Shown one piece after another: positions 9,691-18,940 of a stretch of 54,061 bases of DNA. The stretch lies in contig CAMFRO010000001.1 of NCBI GenBank assembly GCA_945982035.1, forward strand, positions 1 through 54,061, in the 5' to 3' direction. The translations under genes were made by a program, and so were the position numbers. The stretch's first letter is position 1. Every line of letters begins with the position of its first letter. Under the pieces are notes generated by a model. The model did not search any database. It saw nothing but the letters and a program-made list of their open reading frames with translations, and was not told the origin of the DNA. Source of the DNA: an uncultured Clostridia bacterium. GTDB lineage: Bacteria; Bacillota; Clostridia; Oscillospirales; Acutalibacteraceae.

Positions 9691-10518
9691 TTATTCAGCA
9701 AGGTTAATATAATACTTATCTGAAAGCTTTTGAAGTGTGCCGTCTGCCTTAAGCTCATCAATCATAGGATTGATTTTTTCTGCCATATCGGTGCCTTTCT
9801 TAAAGCCGATACCGTATTGCTCTGTTGTAAGCTTAAGTGTATAGCCCAAATCGTCAAAGTCTTTGCCGTCTGCTGTCATTGAGTTAGCCATTGTACTGTC
9901 AATGATGCATGCGTCAGCAGTGCCTGACTTAACCTCTTTAAGAGCGTCTGACTGTGCAGTAAGAGAAATTACATTGCTTGTAAGCTTCTTTGCCTCTGCT
10001 TCGCCGGCTGAGCCTTTTTCTACTGCAATTGCAATATCCTTAAGGCTATCTGTGGTTTTGTAGCTGTCAAGCTTGTCCTTCTTCATTACAACAACCTGGC
10101 TGTTTTCAGCATAGGGATTTGATACGTCGCAGTTTGTTTTAACTGAATCTGTTATTGTCATACCGTTCCAAATGCAGTCAATGGTGCCGCTGTTAAGCTC
10201 AATAAATTTGTTGTCCCAGTTGATTTCAACAAATTCAACCTTAACGCCCATTTTTTCTGCTACTGCGGTGGCAAATTCAGCGTCAAATCCTGTCCATTCG
10301 CCTGTTTTGGCGTCCTTGTAATCCATAGGCTCGTAGTTTGTGATACCTACAACAAGTGTACCCTTTGCAACTATTGCGTCATAAGCGCTTGCTGTTGCTT
10401 CGGTGTTGTCTGCCGCTGTGGTGTCGGCGGTGTCATTGGATTTACTGCAAGCCGCAAAGCTAACGCAAACCATCAAAACTGCCAATATAACGGCAAGAAT
10501 CTTTTTTGCTTTCTTCAT
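9691..10518 (-). CDS. Amino acid ABC substrate-binding lipoprotein (SBP family 3)
   Basis: Lipobox FAAC; PMDY, GFDAEFA, IDCIWNGMT, EQYGIGFKK. Confidence 0.92.
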   Translation of the reverse strand: MKKAKKILAVILAVLMVCVSFAACSKSNDTADTTAADNTEATASAYDAIVAKGTLVVGITNYEPMDYKDAKTGEWTGFDAEFATAVAEKMGVKVEFVEINWDNKFIELNSGTIDCIWNGMTITDSVKTNCDVSNPYAENSQVVVMKKDKLDSYKTTDSLKDIAIAVEKGSAGEAEAKKLTSNVISLTAQSDALKEVKSGTADACIIDSTMANSMTADGKDFDDLGYTLKLTTEQYGIGFKKGTDMAEKINPMIDELKADGTLQKLSDKYYINLAE

Positions 10519-10606
10519 TGTAAAAACCTCTTTCTTAGTAGTTTGGTAAATACATTATACTTTATTTCTTTACCAAAGTAAAGTGTTAATTTAATAATTT
10601 GATGAA

Positions 10607-11977
10607 TTAGTATTCATAGGTTTCCACATAGTCCCAGTTTCCAGGTTGAATTTTTGAAATATATTCGTCAAAATCATTATATTTTGATTTGCCCAAGGTA
10701 AGCTCTGTACCGTATGGGTCAACAATATCTCCTGTGTATTTGTCATATCTTACATTAAACGCACAGCAGCTTGTCAGTACGGTGTTTCCATCTGAATCCG
10801 TGCAGTAAAATACAAAGTTTATACCGTTAACCTTATTGGTTGAGGACATATTATTCTCGTAGTAATGTTGGTTAAATACAAAGTATGAGCGTGCAAAGGT
10901 TGCATCGGGATATTTTTGACGGCGCTTTTCAAGGCATCTCTCCTTTAAAACCAAATAATCATTGTAATCAATTTGATTTTGGTCTGTTATAAAATCTGTT
11001 CTGCTATCCTTTTTGGTAGTTGTTGTAGTTGTAGTTGTAGTTGTAACAACCTGCGCCGTGAACTGCTTTTTAACAGGAGTTATTACGAATCCGTTTTCTT
11101 TGTTGTCATCCTCGCCGTTTTTAAGATGGGCGGTAACAGTTGCCGTTTTGTCGGAATCATTACTGTATGATGATGAGAATGTGATTTTCTCAACAACATT
11201 ACCGTTTTCGTCTGTTATTTCAAGATATACCTTGTCCGAATGATTGTATGATGCAGTGAATTTGCCGAATTTTTCGGAATATTTTTTGTCGTATGTAATA
11301 ACTGTTTTATCGGAGGCCTCCTTGTATTTTACGGATTTGATAATTGAAAACGGATTTATTTCTCTCAAATCGCCTAATGCGGATACAATATATGTTCTTG
11401 ATATTGTGTCATCGCCCACCAGCTTGGCATCAAATAAATCACAGTCGTTGATTATGTCATAATTTATTCTTATTGTAATTTGAACCTTATCACCGTTTTT
11501 AAGCTGATTGTTTTCGGGAATTTCAACGTCAATGGCGGCATTGAAAATGTCACAGGCTTTTTCAAATCTTGCCTGCTCAGCCTGAGAATTGATTTCGGAT
11601 AAATCATTGTACATTGCCTCAAAATTTACTATGTCGCTTTTTTCCGAGGATACCGAAGCCATACCCTCAGTACCCTGATAATCAATGTTGTCGGCTATGT
11701 AATCGGTAATTTCGTATTTTTCTGATGAATTTAGGGCAAATGCAATAACGGCAATTGCTGCGGCAAGCACAACCGCCACAATGCTTACTGCAATTATTGC
11801 AGCCTTTTTAGTCTTTTTCTTTTCGTCCGGCTGTACCGGATTAATTACGGGAGGAGTAACGTAGCCGTTGCCTGTGCCGGAGAAATTTTGATTATTGTAT
11901 TTTGGCAGAGAGGATCCACAGCTTGGACAATATTCATAATCTCCGTTAACAGGTGTGTTGCATACAGGACATTTCAT
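10607..11977 (-). CDS. Zinc-ribbon membrane-anchored protein with large extracellular region and Thr-rich linker
   Basis: MKCPVC-x10-CPSC, one TM helix after a Lys-rich stretch, poly-Thr run. Confidence 0.75.
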   Translation of the reverse strand: MKCPVCNTPVNGDYEYCPSCGSSLPKYNNQNFSGTGNGYVTPPVINPVQPDEKKKTKKAAIIAVSIVAVVLAAAIAVIAFALNSSEKYEITDYIADNIDYQGTEGMASVSSEKSDIVNFEAMYNDLSEINSQAEQARFEKACDIFNAAIDVEIPENNQLKNGDKVQITIRINYDIINDCDLFDAKLVGDDTISRTYIVSALGDLREINPFSIIKSVKYKEASDKTVITYDKKYSEKFGKFTASYNHSDKVYLEITDENGNVVEKITFSSSYSNDSDKTATVTAHLKNGEDDNKENGFVITPVKKQFTAQVVTTTTTTTTTTKKDSRTDFITDQNQIDYNDYLVLKERCLEKRRQKYPDATFARSYFVFNQHYYENNMSSTNKVNGINFVFYCTDSDGNTVLTSCCAFNVRYDKYTGDIVDPYGTELTLGKSKYNDFDEYISKIQPGNWDYVETYEY

Positions 11978-12414
11978 AAGCTTTTCTCCTTTTTTATTTT
12001 GTCTTTGGCAATAAGAAGTGCGTTAAATATGAGTGCAATAGATATTGAACATATCAGAAATATTCCGGAAAACGACAAGAGCACACAGGCAAAGCGCTTT
12101 ATTTTTGCCGTGTCTGTTTTTTCCTCCTGCTCCTTAGTAAGAGCTTTCATATCGTTTTGGGTAAAATTATTTTCATTGGTGTAATCAAGCTTAATATTCG
12201 CTTTTTCAGCCTGTTCGTATTCCTTCAAAAACGCCTCGTAGTCATTTGCGTCAATAGACGTTTGAAGATTTTTGCATATTTTTACACTGCTTTCACACGC
12301 CTTCAGTTGCTTGTCTGCGTCAAAGAAAAAATAAAATCCTGCCACAGTGCATACTGCGGATATAACATATACAATTCCCACAAGAATGCTTAAAATTTTT
12401 TTCATACATTTCAC
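11974..12414 (-). CDS. Hypothetical two-TM membrane protein, translationally coupled to the zinc-ribbon gene
   Basis: Two hydrophobic segments around a soluble loop; 4-nt ATGA overlap with the next gene. Confidence 0.65.
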   Translation of the reverse strand: MKCMKKILSILVGIVYVISAVCTVAGFYFFFDADKQLKACESSVKICKNLQTSIDANDYEAFLKEYEQAEKANIKLDYTNENNFTQNDMKALTKEQEEKTDTAKIKRFACVLLSFSGIFLICSISIALIFNALLIAKDKIKKEKSL

Positions 12415-12492
12415 CGCCTTTCAGACAGATTTCTTTGAGTAAGATAATAACATATATGTACAGAAAAATCCATAAAAGACATAAAATTTCCT

Positions 12493-12521
12493 TTGATTTT
12501 TGATTATTTCAGTGATATAAT
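12493..12521 (+). promoter_or_regulatory. Extended -10 sigma-A promoter with no adjacent ORF
   Basis: TTGATT (12493-12498), 17 bp, TGaTATAAT (12513-12521). Confidence 0.7.
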
Positions 12522-12526
12522 ACTTG

Positions 12527-12705
12527 ACGTAATGCAAATATATGCATTAATCGTGTAGCGATAAATCAAATCGGCAAAGCAAAGTGTGATTCAGCTTCCT
12601 GCAATATGGGTGGGTACGGTTATTAAAAATTTCCCCATGGCGCTGCTGTGGAATATATTTGCTGCAGGACCCCTTACAAGACTGATATTTCGTAAAGTGT
12701 TCAGA
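12527..12705 (+). ncRNA. Candidate structured non-coding RNA of unknown family
   Basis: GC-richer island downstream of a strong promoter with several complementary pairs (12534-43/12653-62, 12597-603/12663-69, 12555-60/12641-46, 12605-10/12634-39); no substantial ORF. Confidence 0.5.
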
Positions 12706-12720
12706 CGGTAATATTTTATG

Positions 12721-12749
12721 TTGATTAATTAAAACTTATATGTTAATAT
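12721..12749 (+). promoter_or_regulatory. Probable proximal fprA promoter
   Basis: TTGATT, 17 bp, TGtTAATAT, about 40 bp upstream of the ATG. Confidence 0.5.
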
Positions 12750-12789
12750 ATGTACTGCAAATATTAGTTTACATATTCGGAGGCACTAT

Positions 12790-13953
12790 ATGGATATTAA
12801 AGTTACAGACAGTATAAAATATATCGGCGTTAATGATTATGATATTGACTTGTTTGAGGGTCAGTACCATCTTGAAAACGGTATGGCGTATAATTCTTAT
12901 GTTATACTTGATGAAAAGGTTGCAGTTATGGATGCTGTTGACGCTATTGCCATTGACCGTTGGGTAAGCAATCTTGAATCTGTGCTTGAGGGCAGAACGC
13001 CGGATTATCTTGTTGTTCATCATTTGGAGCCGGACCATTCTGCAGGTATTCAGGCATTTTGTGACAAATATCCCAATGCACAGGTTATTATGAGTACGCA
13101 GGCAAAGCGTCTTGCACCGCAGTTCTGTGATGTTGACGAGGCAAGGATTACCGATGTTAAGGAGGGCGACACTCTTTCTCTCGGCAATCATACACTCACA
13201 TTTATAATGGCTCCTATGGTGCATTGGCCTGACGTTATGGTTAGCTATGAAAGCAGTGAGAGAGTTTTGTTTTCCGCCGATGCTTTCGGTAAATTTGGCA
13301 CAACCGACGCTGATGAGGGCTGGAGCTGTGAGGCGAGAAGATATTATTTCAATATAGTAGGCAAGTTCGGCAAGCAGGTACAGGCTCTGCTTAAAAAGGC
13401 GTCGGCACTTGATATTGATGTTATCTGTCCTCTCCACGGACCTGTTCTTACAGATACAATCGGCGACGTGCTTAAGCTTTATAACACATGGTCGGCTTAT
13501 GAGCCGGAGGATAAGGGTGTGTTTATTGCCTATGCTTCAATGCACGGTAATACCGAAAAAGCAGCCCTTAAAATGAAGGAAATTCTTGAATCAAAGGGAT
13601 GTCCGAGAGTTGCAATAGCCAATCTTTCAACCGATGATATGGCTGAATGTGTTGAGGACGGATTCCGTCACAGCGTTCTGCTTTGTATGGCTTGCAGCTA
13701 TGACGGCGGCGTTTTTGCTCCTATGGCGGATTATCTTCATCATCTTCAGTCAAAGGCCTTTCAAAACAGAGCAGTTGCCCTTGTTGAAAATTACAGCTGG
13801 GCGGCAAGCGCGGTACGTACTATGAAGGCTGAATTTGAAAAAATGAAGGACATCAATTTGATTGAAAAAACTGTTTCAATCAAAACAAGACTTACTGCCG
13901 AAACAGAAAAAGAGCTTGAAGCCTTGGCAGACGAGATTATGAAAAATATATAA
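12790..13953 (+). CDS. fprA: Flavodiiron protein (A-type flavoprotein; O2/NO reductase)
   Basis: YNSYVI, HHLEPDH, PMVHWP, FSADAFG, CPLHGP; flavodoxin motif YASMHGNT. Confidence 0.92.
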   Translation: MDIKVTDSIKYIGVNDYDIDLFEGQYHLENGMAYNSYVILDEKVAVMDAVDAIAIDRWVSNLESVLEGRTPDYLVVHHLEPDHSAGIQAFCDKYPNAQVIMSTQAKRLAPQFCDVDEARITDVKEGDTLSLGNHTLTFIMAPMVHWPDVMVSYESSERVLFSADAFGKFGTTDADEGWSCEARRYYFNIVGKFGKQVQALLKKASALDIDVICPLHGPVLTDTIGDVLKLYNTWSAYEPEDKGVFIAYASMHGNTEKAALKMKEILESKGCPRVAIANLSTDDMAECVEDGFRHSVLLCMACSYDGGVFAPMADYLHHLQSKAFQNRAVALVENYSWAASAVRTMKAEFEKMKDINLIEKTVSIKTRLTAETEKELEALADEIMKNI

Positions 13954-13966
13954 TTCATTTCTTTTT

Positions 13967-13993
13967 CTCCCCGAACCAATCGGGGAGTTTTTT
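13967..13993 (+). terminator. Intrinsic terminator after fprA
   Basis: ctccccga-accaa-tcggggag-tttttt. Confidence 0.85.
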
Positions 13994-14066
13994 ATTACTT
14001 GAAGTGATTTGATATATATGTTAATATTGTCATATATTGTTTTAAATTATGCGGAGGATGCCGGTT

Positions 14067-17000
14067 ATGAAATTTTCTCTGAAAACAGATAATTACAAAA
14101 ATTTTGATATGTATAAGGATAATGTGATGAAGCCACGCTCATACTTTATTCCCTTTAGCGGTGATGAGGATTTACAGCAGATTAACATCACAAACGAAAG
14201 ATACCATTCTTCAATGACGGCAGTGCTTTCGGGAGAGTGGGATTTTAAATATTTCAAAAAGGTATCGGATATGCCGGCGGAAATAGAAACACAAACCTTT
14301 ATTTTTGACAAGGTTCAGGTGCCGTCAACCTGGCAGCATACAGGCTATGAGGAGCCGTATTATCTCAATTCACGCTATCCCTTTAAGCCTAATCCTCCCT
14401 ATTTTCCTGAGGATTGTCCCGTGGCAGTTTATCATAAAATGTTTAATCTTGACGATATTGACGGTAATTTTATCATTACATTTTTAGGTGTTGCAGGCTC
14501 TCTTGACCTTTTTGTCAACGGAAAATATGTGGGTTATTCTGAGGGCAGTCATAATACAGCGGAATTTGAGCTGAATGATTTTGTGGCCGAAGGCACTAAT
14601 GAAATCTGCGTTGTTAACCATAAGTGGTGCAACGGAACATATCTTGAGTGCCAGGATATGTTTCGCTGTAACGGAATTTTTCGTGATGTACTTCTTACGA
14701 AAACCGGTGCAAATTCCATTTATGATTTTCAGGCTAAAACCGCATTTAACGATGACCTTACATATAAGCTTGAAATTCTGCCGTCACTTAAGCTTACCGA
14801 TGAGTGCGAGCTGTCGGCAACGCTGATTTTTGACGGCGAGGCAGTTGCGTCAAAATCCGTAAATGTCTCTGCGAATGTGATAGATAAAATCACCTTTGAC
14901 AGTATTGAGGCTAAGGAGTGGAGTGCAGAGGAGCCTAATCTTTACGATTTGGTGCTGACTCTGTCAAAGGACGGTGAAATTGCCGAAATTATACGCCGCC
15001 CCATAGGCTTCCGTCATATTAATATTACGGGCAACATATTCTGCTTAAACGGCAGAAGCATTAAGCTTCTCGGCGTAAACCATCACGATACAAATCCTAA
15101 AACAGGCTATGTAATGACCGCCGAGGATATGGAAAGGGATGTAAAATTATTTAAGGAATACAATGTAAACTGCGTTCGTACCTCTCACTATCCTCCCGAC
15201 CCGATGTTCCTTGATTTGTGCGACGCCTACGGCGTTTATGTTGTAGATGAGGCGGATATAGAAACCCACGGCTGTGAAGCGGAGGGCAACAGAAAAGCCT
15301 GTTCACACAATCCTAAGTGGCAGGGACATTATTGGGACCGTGTTTACCGTATGTATGAAAGGGACAAGAATCATCCGTCAATTACAATGTGGTCCTTAGG
15401 CAACGAATCTCACGGCTATAAAAATCAGGATTATTGCTATAATAATCTTAAACAGCTAACTGATATTCCGGTTCATTATGAGGGTGTGTGCCGTACAAAG
15501 CGATGGGCGTACGATGTGATTTCTCAAATGTATCCATGGTTCGGTATTGTTAAAAGAATTGCCAACGGCAGCGGACTGCCTAAGAAGTTTTATAATAAGC
15601 CGTACTTTATGTGTGAATATGCTCACGCAATGGGCTTGGGCGCAGGCGAGCTTGAAAAATATATTCAGTATATTTATCAGGGTGACAATATGCTCGGCGG
15701 ATGTATATGGGAATTTGCGGACCATGCAGTGTATCACGAAAGTGGCAAGTATAAATATACCTACGGCGGTGACCACGGCGAAAATAAGCACGATGGTAAT
15801 TTCTGCGTTGACGGCTTGTTCTTTCCCAACAGAACGCCTCACGCAGGTGCCTTGCAGATGAAAAACTGTTATAGACCTGTCAGGGCAGAATATAACGGTG
15901 ACGAAAATCAGCATAAATATACCTTTACAAATTACAATTACTTTAAAACCGCAGATTTTACGGTAAAATGGAGCTGTGTAACCGATGACGCAAATCCAAA
16001 GGCAGGGGAGTTTAAGCTTAATATTCCGCCTCAAAGCAGTCAAGATATTACCCTTGATTATACCATTGAGGAATGTGCAGAGGATATTGTTACCTTCAGA
16101 TATTACGACGGCGATTTTGAGGTTGCCTGCGAGCAGGTAAGTATGTTTATCGGCGGTGCTTCTGCCACAATGATATTTACCGATGAAAACGCACCTAAGG
16201 TTCACAAAAGCGAAAGCAAATATTTTATTGATATTGACGGCGGAAAAATCGTTTACAATAATAAAACGGGATTTATTGAACGTTATGTTAAAAATGACAG
16301 GGAATACTTAAACGGCGCACCCTTCGGTAATTTCAGAGGCTTTGGCGTTGATATATACAGAGCACCCATTGATAACGATATGAATATCCGCAGAAAATGG
16401 GAGGCAATGCGCCTTGACACCGAGCAGATGTGCTTTGTGAAAAATGTGAATTCCCTGCCATATACCGTTGAAAACGGCGCAGTTGTTATTGAAAACCTCT
16501 ATAAAATTCATACTCTGAATGTGAGAAATCTCTGTGATGTTAAAATGAAATTTAAAATTTACAGGGACGGCACAATGGAAATTAATGCCAAGTGCCTTAA
16601 ATCAAAATCGTTTCCCTATGCGCCACGTTTCGGCGTAATGGTTGAAATGCCTGTGGAGTATGAAAACGTAAAATATTACGGCTTAGGCGACAGACCAAAT
16701 ACCGAGGACTTTAAGGAACACGCAATGATGGGGCTTTATTCCTGCAAGGTGGACGATATGCGCGAGAAGTATATTAAGCCCCAGGAAGCCTCCATGCGTA
16801 CCAATGTAAAATATGCCGATGTTACGGACGAAAGCGGCGTGGGATTTAAGTTTATGTTTACCGTAAATTCGGGCATCTTCAGCGCTGACCGTTTTATTCC
16901 TCAGCAGTGTGCAAAGGCAATGCATCAGGAGGATTTGGAGCTGTGCGACACCACCTGCATACATCTTGACAGCTATATGCTGGGTGCCGGCTCAAATGCC

Positions 17001-17084
17001 TGCGGTCCCGTGCCGTCAAAGGAATATAAGCTTAAAAAGTTGAATAATCAGGAAGTATCCATTGCAGTAATTCCCATAGAATAA
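14067..17084 (+). CDS. GH2 beta-galactosidase (LacZ-like)
   Basis: GVNHHD, NCVRTSHYP, DEADIETHG, RDKNHPSITMWSLGNE (acid/base), CEYAHAMG (nucleophile), NFCVDGL, RAPIDND; ATG 14067 after GGAGG. Confidence 0.92.
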   Translation: MKFSLKTDNYKNFDMYKDNVMKPRSYFIPFSGDEDLQQINITNERYHSSMTAVLSGEWDFKYFKKVSDMPAEIETQTFIFDKVQVPSTWQHTGYEEPYYLNSRYPFKPNPPYFPEDCPVAVYHKMFNLDDIDGNFIITFLGVAGSLDLFVNGKYVGYSEGSHNTAEFELNDFVAEGTNEICVVNHKWCNGTYLECQDMFRCNGIFRDVLLTKTGANSIYDFQAKTAFNDDLTYKLEILPSLKLTDECELSATLIFDGEAVASKSVNVSANVIDKITFDSIEAKEWSAEEPNLYDLVLTLSKDGEIAEIIRRPIGFRHINITGNIFCLNGRSIKLLGVNHHDTNPKTGYVMTAEDMERDVKLFKEYNVNCVRTSHYPPDPMFLDLCDAYGVYVVDEADIETHGCEAEGNRKACSHNPKWQGHYWDRVYRMYERDKNHPSITMWSLGNESHGYKNQDYCYNNLKQLTDIPVHYEGVCRTKRWAYDVISQMYPWFGIVKRIANGSGLPKKFYNKPYFMCEYAHAMGLGAGELEKYIQYIYQGDNMLGGCIWEFADHAVYHESGKYKYTYGGDHGENKHDGNFCVDGLFFPNRTPHAGALQMKNCYRPVRAEYNGDENQHKYTFTNYNYFKTADFTVKWSCVTDDANPKAGEFKLNIPPQSSQDITLDYTIEECAEDIVTFRYYDGDFEVACEQVSMFIGGASATMIFTDENAPKVHKSESKYFIDIDGGKIVYNNKTGFIERYVKNDREYLNGAPFGNFRGFGVDIYRAPIDNDMNIRRKWEAMRLDTEQMCFVKNVNSLPYTVENGAVVIENLYKIHTLNVRNLCDVKMKFKIYRDGTMEINAKCLKSKSFPYAPRFGVMVEMPVEYENVKYYGLGDRPNTEDFKEHAMMGLYSCKVDDMREKYIKPQEASMRTNVKYADVTDESGVGFKFMFTVNSGIFSADRFIPQQCAKAMHQEDLELCDTTCIHLDSYMLGAGSNACGPVPSKEYKLKKLNNQEVSIAVIPIE

Positions 17085-17103
17085 TGTTCACAAGGTGGTT
17101 AAT

Positions 17104-17415
17104 GTGAAAGCAGGAACAGATATAGTAAAAATTTCACGGATAGAAAAAAGTATTAAAAATCCACGCTTTCTTGACAGCGTTTATACCGAAAAAGAGCGTG
17201 AATACTGTAAAAGCGTCCAAAGCCTTGCGGGACTTTTTGCCGCTAAGGAGGCGTATCTTAAAGCGCTGGGATGCGGAATTGACAGAAGGCTGAGCAGTAT
17301 AGAAATTGACCATAACGAAAAGGGAAAGCCCTTTATTTCGGGCGATGAAAGCTGCGATTTGAGTATATCTCACGACGGCGATTACGCCGTAGCGTTTGTT
17401 ATAATTTGGGGGTGA
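17104..17415 (+). CDS. acpS: Holo-ACP synthase (4'-phosphopantetheinyl transferase)
   Basis: GTDIV, FAAKEAYLKALG, GKP, LSISHD; GTG start at 17104 (alternative 17095). Confidence 0.92.
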   Translation: MKAGTDIVKISRIEKSIKNPRFLDSVYTEKEREYCKSVQSLAGLFAAKEAYLKALGCGIDRRLSSIEIDHNEKGKPFISGDESCDLSISHDGDYAVAFVIIWG

Positions 17416-17419
17416 GTTT

Positions 17420-18928
17420 ATGTTTGTTTTAACTGCTGATGAAATAAGAGATGTTGAAAAAAAGTGCTTTGCCTCATATTACAGCGAAGCCGATTTGATG
17501 CTTAAAGCAGGAACAGGCTGCTTTAACGAAATAGTAAAACGCTATTCGGACCGCCTTGTAAATTCCACCGTGTCGGTTTTGTGCGGTAACGGCAAAAATG
17601 CAGGGGACGGCTTTGTTATCGCACGGCTTTTGTATGCCTACGGGGCAGATGTAAAAATTGTGCTTTGCGATAAAGAGCCTGCTATTGAAGAACCGCTGAT
17701 GTACTATAATCAAGCGGCTTCAAGCGGTGTTGATGTTGTGCCTTTTACTAATGAATGTCTTAATTCTGATTTCGTTGTAGATACAATGTTCGGCATCGGC
17801 TTTCACGGCGAGGCAAGAGCACCCTTTGACAGGATATTTGAGCTTCTTTGTGATTATAAAGGAGAGATTATATCCGTTGATACCCCCAGCGGTACAAATT
17901 CCACCACCGGCGAGGTGTGCAAAAGCTGTGTTAAAGCGGATTTTACAATAGCCGTATCAACTCTCAAATATGCACATATTCTGCCTCCTGCAAGCTCATA
18001 TTGCGGTGACACTGCCGTAATTGATATCGGAATACCCGATGACTGCTATGACGGCGTTTATATTAATACCATTGATTTTCAGCAGGTAAAAAATATTTTT
18101 CCCAAGCGAGACAAAAACGCCAACAAAGGCACCTTCGGCACACTGCTTAATCTTTGCGGAAGCTATGCTATGCCCGGTGCGGCGGTAATTTGCACAAAAT
18201 CTGCCCTTAAAACAGGAGCAGGTCTTGTTAAGCTGACTCTGCCTAAATCCGCTTATCCTTTGGCGGCATCACATCTTGTACAGAATATTTTTCACCCTGT
18301 CAGCGAAAACGATAACGGCACATTTTCCGCCCAAAGCGCACAGGAAATTTTAGATGATATTGAAACTGCGGACTGTGTTGCGGCAGGATGCGGAATGGGA
18401 TGTAATGACGATACAAAAGCCGTTGTTGACTCACTGCTTAAAAATTCTAAGGCTCCTGTAATTCTTGACGCAGACGGCATAAATTGTATCAGCGATCATA
18501 TAAATATTTTAAAGGATATTAATGTGCCTGTTGTGTTGACTCCTCATCCGGGCGAGATGGCACGCTTGTTGTCGTCAAGTGTAAGCGACATACAAAGCAA
18601 CCGTATAAATATCGCAAAGAAATTTGCAGAGGAATACGGCGTTGTTCTCGTTTTGAAGGGTGCAAATACCATTGTTACAGACGGTAACGAGGTGTTTGTA
18701 AATCTTAACGGAAATCCGGGAATGGCAATGGGCGGTGCAGGTGATATGCTTAGCGGAATGATAGGCTCATTTGTCGCACAGGGCATTTCACCCTTTGATG
18801 CGGCAAAGGCTGCGGTGTTTATTCACGGCAGATGCGGTGATATTACCGCAAAAAGTCTAAGTATGCGCTCAATGACCGTTTGCGATATGCTCAATACGCT
18901 GGGCACCCTAATGTCTGAATTTGAGTAA
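17420..18928 (+). CDS. nnr: Bifunctional NAD(P)H-hydrate epimerase/dehydratase (NnrE-NnrD)
   Basis: CGNGKNAGDG, DTPSG, NKGTFG, ILDADG, LTPHPGEMARL, VLKGA, GGAGDMLSG. Confidence 0.92.
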   Translation: MFVLTADEIRDVEKKCFASYYSEADLMLKAGTGCFNEIVKRYSDRLVNSTVSVLCGNGKNAGDGFVIARLLYAYGADVKIVLCDKEPAIEEPLMYYNQAASSGVDVVPFTNECLNSDFVVDTMFGIGFHGEARAPFDRIFELLCDYKGEIISVDTPSGTNSTTGEVCKSCVKADFTIAVSTLKYAHILPPASSYCGDTAVIDIGIPDDCYDGVYINTIDFQQVKNIFPKRDKNANKGTFGTLLNLCGSYAMPGAAVICTKSALKTGAGLVKLTLPKSAYPLAASHLVQNIFHPVSENDNGTFSAQSAQEILDDIETADCVAAGCGMGCNDDTKAVVDSLLKNSKAPVILDADGINCISDHINILKDINVPVVLTPHPGEMARLLSSSVSDIQSNRINIAKKFAEEYGVVLVLKGANTIVTDGNEVFVNLNGNPGMAMGGAGDMLSGMIGSFVAQGISPFDAAKAAVFIHGRCGDITAKSLSMRSMTVCDMLNTLGTLMSEFE

Positions 18929-18940
18929 AGGCTGATTTCT

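Noticed and set aside
11014-11050. (GTTGTA)n tandem repeat
   Set aside because: Encodes the in-frame poly-Thr linker; not a CRISPR array or phase-variable frameshift tract
12532-12626. Micro-ORFs MQIYALIV and MGGYGY inside the candidate RNA
   Set aside because: Very short, no RBS and no attenuator-like codon run
12555-12669. HDV-like ribozyme reading of the crossing helices
   Set aside because: Helix order is similar, but the short P3/L3 consensus, P1.1 and P4 are absent
12769-13437. Long antisense ORFs (222 aa here; also 15456-16205, 51141-51743, 48714-49250, 6726-7295)
   Set aside because: Shadows of well-supported genes on the opposite strand, with no motifs or convincing RBS
12738-14028. 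Shared TATATGTTAATAT upstream of fprA and the GH2 gene
   Set aside because: Explained as extended -10 promoter elements in AT-rich DNA rather than a shared operator
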